Origin: Puccinia triticina | Taxonomy: Eukaryota | Reading direction: 5' to 3' | Length of the DNA stretch: 64,000 nucleotides | Assembly (NCBI GenBank): GCA_026914245.1 | Contig: CP110440.1 | Location: 1,922,001 to 1,986,000, forward strand | In this document: in pieces, positions 14,400 to 27,568 of the stretch | Position numbering within the stretch: position 1 is the stretch's first letter | Layout of the letters: each line of letters opens with the position of its first letter | The notes under the pieces: generated by a model | Database searches by the model: none | What the model was told of the DNA's origin: nothing | The model's input: the letters and a program-made list of their open reading frames with translations, nothing else | Made by a program: the position numbers and the translations under genes

Positions 14400-14620
14400 A
14401 CCTTTCAAGCACTTTGGCTTACACCCTCCGAGCATCGCGGCTCGCGTCCTTCCACCAAGCCCCATGGCTCGCGTCCTTCCTTTGAGCACCACGGCTCACG
14501 TTCTTCCTTTGAGCAACATGGCTTGCGTTCTTCCTTCAAGCACTTTGACTTGTGTCTCTCCGGGCATTACGGCCTGCGTCCTTCCTCCCAGCATCACGTC
14601 TCGCGTTCCTCCTCCGAGTA
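14400..14620. repeat. Degenerate ~33-bp tandem repeat
   Basis: Repeated CACGGCTCGCGTCCTTCCT..GAGCA variants. Confidence 0.7.
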
Positions 14621-15345
14621 ACTGTGGGCCGCTACGCGTTAGCTTAGCGGGAAAAAGCGCCTGCCAATTTTGAATAGTGTTAGCGCGCTGTTAGCGCCGC
14701 TACGCTGCACTAATTTTCAGCGGCGCTAACAGCGCGCCATTTCTTTGTTTGCGTTAGCGCGCCGCTACAGTCGCTACGCTGCGCTACAGCGCTTTTAGCG
14801 CAAACAAAGGCCTTTTTTCCGCTAAAAGCGTTGTGGCCTTTTTTCCGCTATAAGCGTTGTAGCGCAGCGTAGCGCGCGACCTTTATGTGAACCCTCCCTC
14901 TCAAGAGTTTCACAAAACCTATCACAAGACTCCAAGCGGGATCTACGTAGTCCCACTTCCTCCCCCTCCTACCTAGCTCTGCAGAGATACTGAGATCTCT
15001 CTGAGCTAGGCAAGTCAGACCATTTCCCTTGTTCTTCTTGTTTCTCTTTCTTCTCCATACTCCATTGCACAGAGAGATACTGAGATCTCTCTGAGCTAGT
15101 TGTTCTTCACTTTGAAATACAGAATTGTGGTTACTAGAACTCTTTAGAAATTGTCTCTGTGCCCCATCATTGCCAGTGAAGGATCCTCAAATTAAGTATC
15201 CTTACACTTTTGCGCCCTGCATGTGTAGTGTTAGCGCAATTGCGTGCATCTGCCCTAGCGCTACGCTAACAGCTAAGTTAGCTGCGCACCTTGTGCGCGC
15301 AGCGTTAGCGCAGGGAAGGCGCAATTCCGCTAACGCTGTGAAGGC
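14619..15345. mobile_element. Truncated MITE of the 13181 family, interrupted by a solo LTR
   Basis: Collinear with 13181-13560 on both sides of 14886-15206. Confidence 0.75.
14886..15206. mobile_element. Solo LTR (TG..CA) with imperfect 5-bp TSD CTTTA/CTTTT
   Basis: TGTGAACCC...CCTTACA; MITE sequence resumes directly after it. Confidence 0.7.
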
Positions 15346-15879
15346 CAAACTTGTGGCGGCCATGGCATCAGTCTTTATCAGCCATTTCTCAGTTTCAGTT
15401 GTGGCGAATCCAGGATCAAGACCTCATCAAGACTCCCTCAAGGACCCTCAAGATCAATCAGCATAGCGCGTGTGCAAGGCTCAAGGCGTTTCAGGATCTC
15501 CCTCCCCCCCTTTCCTTCTTTTTTTTTCTGTTTTGTCTCTTCCTTCTCTTTCTTGGTTTGTGTTGTCTATCTTTTCTCTTTTCCTATATGCGCACTTTTG
15601 GATGGAGATGTATGTGGTGGGTTGGTGTGTTATTTGTGTGTTTTCTTTTCCTTCTTGTTTTCTTGTTGCGCACGCAGAGCCGCGCAGGTGTATGATGACC
15701 TGTCCATACATTTCACAAACCCCAAAGTCTAAGTTCAGCTTGAACTCAGATGATGGGAGGGCATGGGACTTTGTCTGAACCAATTTTTTTCAGACCATTT
15801 TCATCAAAATATCAGAATCTCAAGTTTATCGATCCCCAATCCAGATCTGCGTGCCTTCTGAGTTCAAACTCTCAGCACC

Positions 15880-16330
15880 CAACACTGGGTCGCTACGCTA
15901 ACCATAGCGGTTAGCGTAGCCTAGCGCAGCGCAAATGCGCTATTTTTTAGCATAGCGTTAGCCCAATTGCACGCATATGCGCTAACGCTACGCGCACGCG
16001 GTGCGCAGCTATTTTAGCTGATAGCGTAGCGTTAGCGCAGGTGCGCGCAATTGCGCTAACGCTACACATGCAGGGCGCAAACGAGCGCGCGCTACGCTGC
16101 GCTACAGCGCCTTTAGCGGGAAAAAAGGGCTTTTTTTCCGCTAAAAGCGCTGCAGCGCAGCGTGGCGACTGTAGCGGCGCGCTAACGCTAACAAAGAATT
16201 GGTGCGCTGTTAGCGCCGCTGAAAATTAGTGCAGCGTAGCGGCGCTAACAGCGCGCTAACGCTATGCAAAATAGATGGGCGCTTTTTGCGGCTACGCTAA
16301 CGCGTAGCGTAGCGTAGCGACCCAGTGTTG
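15880..16330. mobile_element. MITE (13181 family) with 7-bp TSD CAGCACC
   Basis: TIRs CAACACTGGGTCGCTACGCTA / TAGCGTAGCGACCCAGTGTTG; CAGCACC on both sides. Confidence 0.9.
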
Positions 16331-16439
16331 CAGCACCCCTCAAGTCCTTTCCCAAGAATCCCTCTTCAGATAACCATTCTCAGTCCTTTTGGTGGACTTC
16401 TTCCTTTCAGATCCTCAACAAAAAAACCAATGCCAACAA

Positions 16440-16920
16440 GAATCCAACCCTTGTCGTCTCTCAACAAATCACCACCCCAATTTCAATTGGGACAGAGTCA
16501 GCTCTGGCGTTGATGGATGCCAGAGTCTTATTTATGCTGGTTGTAATGTTGGTAGCTGAGGCTGTGTCAAGTGCGTTGAAGCCAGGCGGAGTGTGAATAA
16601 CACAACTGGAGGGTTTGAATTTGTTAAGCTCCGTATTGGATGGTATCGGTGCCGTGATGTGTTCCATTGGCCAAGTTCCCTTGTTGGTGTTTGGACCTTT
16701 CTGTTTGTCAGCTGCGACCAAAACCCAAGTTGCACAAATTGGGATAGGAGCTGGGTTGGGTTGTCATTTGATATGGTCTAAACAGTCTAGAATTTTCTGC
16801 AAGGTGTTTGTGTCTGCTGTTGCTGAGTTGCTGTTGCCAATGATAGCTGATCTCAGTTTGGTGAGGGAGAAGATTAGATCAATAATTTGGTCTAATCTTC
16901 TCCCTGATATGTAAATTCCG
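16440..16920 (-). pseudogene. Possible LINE (Tad1-like) ORF1 fragment
   Basis: PIPSNTELNKFKPSSCVIHTPPGFNALD..ITTSINKTLASINA..IEIG resembles fungal LINE ORF1 N-terminal regions; interrupted by stops. Confidence 0.35.
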
Positions 16921-19900
16921 GGGTAAGATTGCGGATGACAGCACCTGGGAACATGGCTCTATATATACGTCTGAAGCTGAACCTAGCTGTAGAATATTAA
17001 AGCCAGCAAATATGTCAAAAGCATCAAGAATGTTTTTGGCTTATCCCTTGCCGCCTCCAGAATCAAGCAGCATGCATTTCAAACCTCAAGACATTTTTCT
17101 TTTCATTTGGCTGAACTCAAAGCACCAGGTCAGACAAGGAACCACAAAATCAAGCTTCCACCTGCTTACATCTCTATGCATGTTTCCCCCCCGCCCACAC
17201 GCTGATTCTCTCTCCCTCTCCTTGATTTCCGTAGCTTCTCTCTTCCAATTATCCGCAAACATTCTCACAGCTGAAACCTGAGCTCAGCTTCAATGATGGC
17301 CCACTTCCTTTCAACCCGGGCCCCCACCAACGGCTTGGCTACTGCCAAAGTAGTACAGTGCAAATGGCAGGAGCCGCCCTTCTTGGAATTGTTTCTGGAT
17401 CCTGAGGTCATTCTATGTTTCTTCCTGCTTAGCTTCCCTCAAAACCCCTGAGCTCATTGTACCATCTGTTGCTATCTATCCAAACCTTCAGCGACCGCGG
17501 CTGACTGCCCAACGCGAGTCTCCAAACCGCTTGCGCCACACAAGCTTTCCGCCATTGAGCATTACTTCACGTTGATGGGCATTCAAAAAGTGAACCCCCT
17601 GCAACGGGCTATCCCGGCTGCTACTCATACACCGGCCTCAGAGCGCATGCTTCAGTCGTTGGGCCCAAAACTGGTGGACCACACCAAGTTATCTAGCAAC
17701 GGCGTGGATTCAAGTTACGGCTGTCTGAGGTTCAACAACAGTCTTGATTTGGCCCCAATGGGAGCTAGTAAACTGAAGCCGTTATCTGGAACGACCTTAC
17801 CACTATTCCGGGCCTTGTTTGGCAATTTTGATCAAGGTTTGTTGCCGGTCAGTGCGGTCTCATCCCCAGGCTTGCCAGCTCAGTCCGGGAGTTTCAAGCA
17901 GACTGGCCGCAGCACAACAGGCAGACCCAAACTGATCCACCCCTTGTTGATGAATCTGACGGCAAGTTTCAGTTGGCCTGGGCAGAAGAAGACTGCAGGC
18001 AACAACACGGAGACAGGAGACTTGCTGGTGCCCAGCGTCCGTGGAATGAACCTTGCGTCTTGCAGGGCAAGTGTGTCGTCACTGAGGTTGACCTCGTCGC
18101 CATTGGTGCCAGAGGAGTGGGTGAACAAGATTGAGGAAGAGAGCGGTACGGCCCAAGAGGACGGAGACTCAGACTCAGAGGCAGGAGATGAAGGCTGCAA
18201 GAGTCTGCCGCACCACAGCGGTTCCGGCTCAACATGCCGTTCCACGCCCTCCCTGGCTGCTGTGGAGTTCTGGCGCGTACTCAGGATCAAGGGCAGCAAG
18301 ATCATCAAGACCTGTTGAAGCTTCAAGACTACCCATTTGGATGTCCTCTCATCTTTTTTACTTCTCTCTCCCTTCACTTTCCTAAATTCTTATTCTTCTG
18401 TTTTGTTTTGTTTTATTTCTTTGTACCTTTTCTTTTGTTTCCTTTTCTATGCCCTGCTTTTCTTTTCTTGTCAGCGCGCGTTGGTTAGGATTGTAGGAGG
18501 TGGGTTGGTGTTTTCCGTCTTTTGTTTGTGGTTTCATTTTCTCTTTTTTTTCCATCTGGTTGTTGTCTCTGATCCTTAGTTGTATGCGCGCGTTGGGCAC
18601 AAGGGCCTGTCGCGCAGCCTGTTGCGGATCTGAAATCCAAGTTCAGCCAAACTTGGAGGAAGGATCCGCATGGTATTCACCTCCCAAACAAAAGGAATAT
18701 CATCAGTTTTTGAGTTCTGAGTTTATTGATCCTGGATTGTGTCAATCCATCCCCCGCATCTTTCTGAGTTTTTTGAGTACCAGAGCTTTGTGAGTTTTCT
18801 TCATCTGATCCCTTCCCGATATTCCAACGAACACACCGGCTTCCCTCTGAGTTTTCCTTTCCCTGAGCCTTTTCTACCCAACCAAAACCGCCAAGGGTAT
18901 TCCATCCCCTCGTTCCCTCTCACACAAAATCCCCCCCCCAACCGCTATCACTTTTGTTTGACCTTACCCAATATTCTTTGCAGGACCACCAATGAGGGCA
19001 GCAATCAGCACCATCCTCTCACACGACTGCCTCCGCCGGGCACGGCCGTATTCCATACCGCATCGTCTATCCAGAGCCTCGCCCATAACCTCTTGGGCCA
19101 CAACAAGGATAAGCTTGAGCAGACCGGCAAGCAGCTGATCAGCCTCATCCACTCCCTCATCATGCGCATCAATGAGGCCCACTGGCAGACTATTCTCGCC
19201 CAATCCGCGGCCCGTCTCGCGCCCTCTTATCCCTTCTACCCCTCGCCCAATTATCTCGTGGCCCGGCCTATTCCAGGCTTGAAATGCACACTGTTTTGTG
19301 CTGTAGGTTGGGCTGAGGGCATCAATTCAAAGCTGAACAATTTTTATCAGCCTCTCGGAGGCGCAGACGGACACATCTGTGACAGTTATTTTTGGCAAGC
19401 ATAGCCGAGAGCGCCGCTATGAAATTCATCTGGCAGGCCTGTCTGAAATGGCACCGCACAGAACAGTCCGGCATCATGTAGGACATGTCAATTGAATGCT
19501 TCCGAATCTGTCAGATACTGCGGATGCATAACCAGTTCATGTTTATGCAATTTGATTTTCAGTCCTTTTCTCAAGCCCCACATTGCTTGTGTGAGATCTT
19601 CAGACTCAACAAGAACCACAAACTCCCAAACGCCGTCACATCCAAAAAAAATCCTTTAATACACTGCCAACAATACCTACCTGCCCGTTGCTAGATCCAT
19701 GTTTACCGCTTGCTTTAGACAGCCAAGATCCAGGAGGATCACGGAAATAATCAAGTGGAGGTACACCCGATCTTCTGCCCCTGGTCTCTCTTTCTTCTCT
19801 CATTGCTCGCTCTACTCCGATTGATCTTGTTTCTTTTCTTAGGCTTGTTATTATTTCTCTCTCCTAAAAAGATCTTTTTATTGTCTAAATATTTGAGTCA

Positions 19901-20999
19901 CAGATTGGACTAGAACAACTGCAGGTACATAATGTTTTCACTCTTTTATCCCATTATGTTCCTACTTATCTTTTATTTCTTTTCTTATCTGTTTTTCCAA
20001 GGTTCTTTACTACTATTAGCATTTGTTTTACGCTGCAATAGAGTACTTGACCTCAATTTCCTACAGGACAAGCCTGTTTTATTGTTATGCTCAACATAGC
20101 ATCAGACAGTTTGTCTGATGCCATTTTGGACAAGTTGTCTCAAATGCTTGGACCGACATGTGATTGGACTTATTTTTCTGCAATGAAATGTTGGACCATG
20201 CCGGTTTGATGATATTATTGGCCAATTGTTTGATTGAGGGGGGCAAAAACCCCGTTAAACAAACTCCCAAGGGGCCACAAAACCCTGGAACAGTCGGTCA
20301 GCTGAGCTAGATCTAATCAGACCGTTCCGGTCTGACATAGCATCAAAGAACAAGGCCAATTCCACGCCGCACCAACCCTTTGAGAGAATTTGTACGACAC
20401 GGCATAGCCATAGGCCAAACTTTCAATGTCATTTCCAAAAAATTAGTCTGGCCAGATTTTTCAACGTGGCATTGGACAACTCTATCCAATGCTGAGTCAG
20501 ACTAGTCCACCGGATAGGTTCTTTTTGCCAGAGGAGGCCCCTGGAGGTGTGAGGTGCAATATCTCTGCCTGGGCACATATTGTATATAGTGCTACAAAAA
20601 GGCTTCAATCCAACTTAATACAGATCCCTTGCTGTGTAGGCCTCCCCATCCTCATGAACCCCAAGAGGGCATACAATAATAGAATATACATACATTCCAA
20701 AAAGAATCCCCAGGGCAAGGATTTATCCCAGCACCAAGTGAATGCAATTTTCTGAGAGGAAAAAAATGTATGTAGCATGTTATATCTGATGATGATTAAA
20801 AACCCACAAGGAGAGATGACAACAATTTCCAAAAAGAATTTGGAACTAAAATGAGTTTTGTCCACCGGATTCTTTGGTCCCAAACCAATGATAAAACCAG
20901 TATTATTATTGGTTTGGAACCGTAATCTCTGCAGAGCTTGGTGAGCCTGCTTCATCAACAGCTCTCCCAGCTCACTCCAGCTGTGATCAGACGAGTTTT

Positions 21000-21190
21000 T
21001 GTGAGCTGGCGCGGGAGCTGTGTGAGCTGGGGCAGGAGCTGCATGAGCTGGCGTAGGAGCCGCGTAAGCTGGCGCAAGAGCTGTGTGAGCTGGCGCAAGA
21101 GCTGCGTGAGCTCGCGCGGAAGCTGTGTTAGCTGGCGCAGGAGCTGCAGGAGCTGGGTGAGCTAGCTGTTGCGTGATCTGGGTGAGCTAG
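21000..21190. repeat. 21-bp tandem repeat
   Basis: GTGAGCTGGCGCAGGAGCTGC variants. Confidence 0.8.
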
Positions 21191-21783
21191 ATGATTGCCA
21201 CACCTTGCCCAGGTTTTTTGAGAGAAAAATCCCTAACCCTAAGCCTCAAATCTAGCAGAAGAAACCATTCACAGAATTTCCTGGATAAATGCCTGGAAAA
21301 TGCACAAAAATGCCTTGAAAATGCCTGGAAAATGACTCACATTGGCGCATGATGTGGTAGTTCACGGAAATGCCTGGCAAAGGGGCATAATTGCCTGGCA
21401 AATGCCTGGAAATGCACGGCAATGCCTGGCAATGCACAGCAATGCCTGGCAATGCACAGCAATGCCTGGCAATGCACAGCAATGCCTGGCAATGCACAGC
21501 AATGCCTGGCAATGCACAGCAATGCTTGGCAGTGCACAGCAATGCCTGGCAATGCACAGCAATGCCTGGCAATGCACAGCAATGCCTGGCAATGCACAGC
21601 AATGCCTGGCAATGCACAGCAATGCCTGCCAATGCACAGCAATGCCTGGCAATGCACAGCAATGCCTGGCAATGCACAGCAATGCCTGGAAAGGCACAGA
21701 AATGCCTGGCAATGCACAGTAATGCCTGGAAATGCACAGCAATGCCTGGCAATGCACGGCAATTCATGGCAATGCCTGACATT

Positions 21784-22308
21784 GAACGGTGGGCCAGCTA
21801 TGCTGACCGGAGCATTAGCGTGGCGTAGTGTAGCGGAATTACGCCAACCTGTAGTGTAGCGTTAGCGTAATTCTGTCAACTTGTAGAGGAGCGTTAGCGG
21901 AATTACGCTAACCTGTAGAGTAGCGTTAGTGGAATTGTTCCTACTCTGCGCTAACGCTACGCTCACAGGGTGCGCAGCTAATTTAGCTGTTAGCGTAGCT
22001 TTAGCGCAGATGCGCGCAATTGCGCTAACGCTACACACACAGGGCGCAAAAGAGCGCGCGCTACAGCGCTTTTAGCAGAAAAAAGGCCATTTTTTCCTCT
22101 GAAAGCGCTGTAGTGCAGCGCTGCATAGCGTAGCAACTGCAGTGGCGCGCTAACACTAATAATGAATTGGCGCGCTGTTGGCGCCGCTGAAAATTAGTGC
22201 AGCATAGCGGCGCTAACAGCGCGCTAACACTGCTCAAAATTGGCGGGCGCTTTTTGCTGCTACGCTAAAGCGTAGCGTAGCGTAGCGTAGCGTAATGGCC
22301 CACCCTTG
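21784..22308. mobile_element. MITE (13181 family) inserted in the minisatellite
   Basis: AACGGTGGGCC...GGCCCACCCTTG termini; internal homology to 15880-16330; TSD unclear. Confidence 0.7.
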
Positions 22309-22914
22309 CTGGCAATGCATGGCAATGCCTGGCAAATGCACGGCAATGCCTGGAAAATGCACCACAATGCCTGGCAATGCACAGCAATGCAAGGCAATGT
22401 ACAGCAATGCAAGGCAATTCACAGCAATTCCTGGAAAATGCACCTCAATTCCTGGAAAATGCACCACAATGCCTAGAAAATGCACCACAATGCCTGTAAA
22501 ATGCACCACAATTCCTGGCAATCCATGAGAATGCCTGGCAAATGCACAGCAATGCCTGCAGCATGCATGGCCATGCCTGGATAATGCATGGCAATGCCTG
22601 GAGAATGCATGGCAATGCACAGCAATGGTTGAAATGCAAGGCAATTCCTGGGGAATGCACGGCAATGCCTGGAGAATGCCTAGCAATGCACAACAATGTG
22701 TGGCAATGCATGGAAATGCCTGGCAAGTTCCTGGCAAATGCCTGGAAATGCACGACAATGCCCGGCAAGTTCCTGGAAATGCCTGGGAATGCAATACCTG
22801 GCAAGTTCCTGGCAAATGCCTGGAAATGCACAAAAATTCCTGGAAATGCCTGTCCATGCCCAGCAAATGCCTGGAAATGCATGACAATGCCTGGCAATGC
22901 CTGACAATGCACGG

Positions 22915-23882
22915 TGTGGTAGACGGAAATGTGGAAAAATAAAAAGTTTTTTCTATGCCACATAATTCCTCATACTAGGCCTCAGGATACCACCAAATGG
23001 ACCCCAAAAATAGATTCTACGGCCAATTTCACCCCTAGTCACCACTGGAAGCACCCCTTGACCCCCTCTAGTGTGGAAGTTACACCTCATGGGCACCTAT
23101 CACACGGCCAGCCCCAGTAACCCAGCTGTCACCTGCCCCAACCCAAGTTTCACAGTAGTACACATATACACATCACAGGATACAACAATAAATCTCCTTG
23201 TCAGGCTACACTCATTACATACCAGCTAAATACACTCCTTTATATACATAGTATGACATCATTGACACTGTTTCTGCAGCCTCAGACTTTGTGTATACAC
23301 TAATTCCCCTTGTATGACAGATCCTGCAGTCTACTGTCACCTCACTCATGAGTTAGAATGTTATTTTGTATATTCTGACATCATGTATGCACCCCTGACA
23401 TATTTAGAATGTTCTGTGGTATATTCTGACACCATCCATGCACCCCTGAGGGGTTATGACATCATCTGTACCTACTCCCACCAGCTAAAATCCCTCACCC
23501 TGTTGTCTAGATTAGCTGAAACCCTAACCCACAAGCCCCTTTGGGGCTCCCCTCTTGTCTATAAAAGGAGTTCTCTCCACCCCCAGTGATCTGCTCCCCA
23601 GTTCCTCACCCAGAACTCACAAGTCACCCAACACTCATCAACACTCAAATCCTAAAACCCTTATAACAATAATTCAACCCTTATAACAAAGTAATTAAAA
23701 CACTTCCACATTGCCAGTCAAACAGATTTCATCTGGAACAGACCAGACCTATCACTTAATAAAACTTGCCAAGCTGAGATTGGTGGGTCTTGTTGACTGA
23801 TAACAGAAGGGCAGAGCTTGCAACTCCATCATACCCTTCACCATTCAGCAAAAGAGTTTCATTACCACTTTTGAGTCTTACA
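22915..23882 (+). mobile_element. Solo LTR, family A, 4-bp TSD ACGG
   Basis: TGTGGTAGACGG...GAGTCTTACA; ACGG on both sides; TATAAAAG at ~23560. Confidence 0.9.
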
Positions 23883-24259
23883 ACGGCAATGCCTGGAAAT
23901 GCCTGGAAATGCACGGCAATTCATGGCAATGCCTGGCAAATCTGCAAAAAAGCAGTCATTTAGCGCAGTGCAGTGGGGGACTGCTGCGCAGTCAGCCCCA
24001 AAAGTGGTAGCGCAGCGCTAGTCCGGCTGTGCTACTGCTGGGAATAGCGGGCCCGCATATTTCCCCAACCCAAAAAGTGGTAGCGCAGCGGGCGGGGCCG
24101 CTCCTTTCAGTGTCACACAGTGCCCTCCAAAAAAGCTGTGCTTTGCGCGGCGCTGCACTTTTTTTTGCCGGCAGTGGGGGATTGTCACGCCGCTAGATCA
24201 AAAAGCGGTAGCGCAGCAATGGTTCCACTGCGTTACCGCTAAAAGTAACGGGTCCCCGC

Positions 24260-25663
24260 TGTGGTAGACGGAAAAGTCAAAAATCAAAATTTTTTTCTAT
24301 ACTACATATTTACTCACAATACGCCTCAAGATACTGTTGAGGGTGACTGAGGTGACACAAAACAAAGAGAGATTTGACAAGGTGTCAAGGAAAAAGTCAG
24401 AGCACAGTAAGTCAAAGTAAAATCATCATTCAGTGAGGAAGGATCAAACAGGGGAAACAACTTGGTTATATACATGTACTGCGTAGGCTAAGTTGTGGGT
24501 GTATAGGTTAGAAGCATAATACATAGATGGATGCTGATACACTATCTTAACAGATACCAACTAAAGAACCTCAGAAATGGATTCTACGGCCAATTTTACC
24601 CCTAGTCACAACTGGAAGCGTCACTGGAACCCCGCTGGATTGGAAGTTACACCATCTTGGACCCTCATGGACACAGCCAGCCCCAGTCATCAACCTGTCA
24701 CAACCCTCAAGTCACCTTTCCCAGGTATACACATACTCAGACCCAGCCAAACACATACTCTTTTCTATCCCTCTTATCTCCACTGCATATGCAGGGGACC
24801 AACCCCATTTCTTCTGTATTTCACATGTCCCCGCTTCATTTATGCACCCCTTGCAGCTGCCTGCAGTCTTCTGACCCCATTTCTGCACTCCTTGCATTAG
24901 TCTGACACCACTCATGCACCCCTTGAATGAGGTAACCCTGTATTTGACATTTCCCTGCCTTGTTTATGCGCTCCTTGCATTAGTATGATATCCTCTTTCA
25001 TTTCTCACCCCAATTTTGCCTGTATTTAGTATCTTCTGACACCACATGTACGCAGCCCACCAGCTAAAATCCCTCATCCAGGGTCGCCCTTGTAGCTAAT
25101 ATCCCTCACATTTTTTCATATAGGGAGCTCTCTCCCCCAGTTGTTTTTCCCTCAGCTCAGTATTCCCCGGTTATTTACATACCACCCATAGCCTTACCAT
25201 TACCTTATCAAAACCCTTATAACACCTCATAACAGCCCTTACATTTGCAAATAACCACCGAGCTCACTCTTATAACTCTCATATTTCCTGCTTGACATAT
25301 CATGTGCCCGTCACGAGTTACCCAGTTCCTGGTTCAACTGCCAACTGAGACATATACCCTTCTCAGCCCAGGAACTTTTCTCAACCTTTTATATCACCCT
25401 CTCAAGTACCTGTGTTCAATTCCCACCAGAAAAATCAAGTCAACTTTCATCCTTTCCTCTCCTTATAAACTCTCTCATCTTTCACATACCTGTTATTGAA
25501 CAACCTCATCTGGAACTAGACCAGACTTATCACTTGATTAAAACTTGCCAAGCTTAGCTTGGTGGGTCTTGTTATCTGATAGTATAGAAGGGCAGAGTTT
25601 GCACCTCCAACATCCTCTTCTCCATTCAGCAAAAGGGTTTCACAACCACTTTTGAGTCTTACA
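24260..25663 (+). mobile_element. Solo LTR, family A, 4-bp TSD CCGC, containing a nested LTR
   Basis: TGTGGTAGACGG...GAGTCTTACA; CCGC on both sides. Confidence 0.9.
24335..24552. mobile_element. Nested 218-bp solo LTR, 5-bp TSD GATAC
   Basis: TGTTGAGGG...CTTAACA flanked by GATAC at 24330-24334 and 24553-24557. Confidence 0.85.
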
Positions 25664-27568
25664 CCGCTTCTTCCCAGACCCAAAAAGTGGTGGTGCAGCG
25701 GGTGGGGCCACTACTTTCAGCGCAGTGCAGCGGCCACAAAAGCTGCTGTGCTGCGCTTTTTGGAGTGCAGCGCTTCCAACCTTACTGGCAATGCCTGGAA
25801 ACGCCCTGCAAATACCTGGCAACACCCAGAAAATGCCTGGAAATGCCCTGCAAATGCCTGGCAACGTCCAGCAATTTCCTTGCAATGCCCTGCAAATGCC
25901 TGGCCAGTGGCAACACCCTGCAAATTCCAGGCAAAAAAGTTACTTATCTTGCCGCTCAAGATGCTTTAGCTTAGCGTGACGCAGCACAGTGGAAGTAGCT
26001 TGGTTTAAAACTACAGGAAAACAGGGCCACTTTTAACTCTGCTATGACCATGCTAAGATGCCCTGGAGTTTAGTGTAGCATAGCGGCCCACCATAACCAT
26101 TGATCCAATGGCCTCTCTTCTTCCCCCTGTTGGGCTTCCACCCCTATTATTCTGCTCTTGGCCTTCTATCCACTTTCATCTACTGACCATTCTTATCCAA
26201 AACTGGTATCTAACTTGTAGCCTCCTTAGGCTGCATAAATATATGTATCTCATTCACCAGGGGAGATATGTTCCCACTCTCCAGGGAGTGCCCTACGTGA
26301 ATTTTTTTCCATAACTGTGCTGGAGGCCTTTAGTAAATATAGCTTAAGCAGTGATGTATATAGTGAGGAAGATCATCCATAAGTGGTCTGGAACTCATCC
26401 CAAAAGTCTTCTTGTCACAGGGGAAAATTATTCAGAACTGATGCACAGCTCACCCTGAACTCTTCCAGACAGTATCAATAAGTAATTCATAACTGAATTC
26501 AAACTAATTTGGGAATCATCCATAACTCATCTTGAAATATAACCCAGAACTCAAATTCAAATCAGTTGTAAATGAACTGGAACATATCAAAGCAGTTTCC
26601 TGTAAGTATAATTGAATTATTTGTGGCCATTTGTTTATTGCACCAGCGGGAAGTGACAAATGTTTCTGAAAAGGATATGTTGTTTCTTGCAGTTGAGCAC
26701 AAACAAACCATTCAACTTGCACCTAGAAATAATAGTTAATGCTAATGCTTAGTGGCTTCGATGTACAACTAAATAACCTTATCTTGCTGAAGTACTCAAT
26801 TTCAATGATGCCAGCTGTTGTTCATGGCATGTTGAATTGATCCAATTTTTGATAATTCCATTTTCACGTTGTTACACAGTCATTCTTGCATAGAATTATC
26901 CATGGATTAACTACAGTGAAACAAGTGCTAAAAACACCTTGTCTAAATTGATTACAGCTCTGAATGGCTTAAATAAAGCCCAATTAATCTCCACAAAGAT
27001 TTATTGTTTATCAGATTACAATTGCAGTATAAAGCCAAGGGATTGAGGGAGTTGTTGGAATGGTTTGTGATATATGATTTCATCCTCAAATACAAAATGC
27101 AGTGAGAAATGCTTGTGATGTTTCAAATTGTCCAAAGGAAAGAAAGTGACAAAACTCATACATAAATGCACATATGTTTGGTCAATTTGAACCAGAAATC
27201 TTAATCTCAGTTACTTTCACAAATGTTTAAGCACACCGCATGAGCACTTTGACTATTTTCAGCGTGGTATATTGTTTCTGTTGAGAAAGAAACTTGACCG
27301 GTTCTTCATCAAAAACTTAATATTCCACATTCATCCAAACCATTCATTCGTCAGAAATTGACTTTCACAACTGATGAGATACATTCTCACAAATTGATGT
27401 GGATCAAAGCACTGTTTGGGACATTTGAGAAGGAAACTTGAATTGGATTGAAGACAGATCACTTCAAGACATGGGTTGGATGAAGAGTTTGGAAATTAAG
27501 GAACATAAAAAAAAGAGGAAATCATGACATTTCATTTAAAACTAATTGTAAAAAGATTTGGAAAACAA

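Larger units (their letters stand above)
21280..23940. repeat. 10/20-bp minisatellite AATGCCTGGC-AATGCACAGC, interrupted by a MITE and a solo LTR
   Basis: Near-perfect 20-bp array at 21411-21770; degenerate units at 22309-22914 and 23883-23940; related units at 25787-25930. Confidence 0.9.

Noticed and set aside
17572..18318. 248-aa ORF
   Set aside because: No recognisable domain; low complexity, embedded in repeat-like sequence, with overlapping antisense ORFs
21252..22963. Many Cys/Ala/His-rich ORFs
   Set aside because: They are translations of the 10/20-bp minisatellite, open in several frames on both strands
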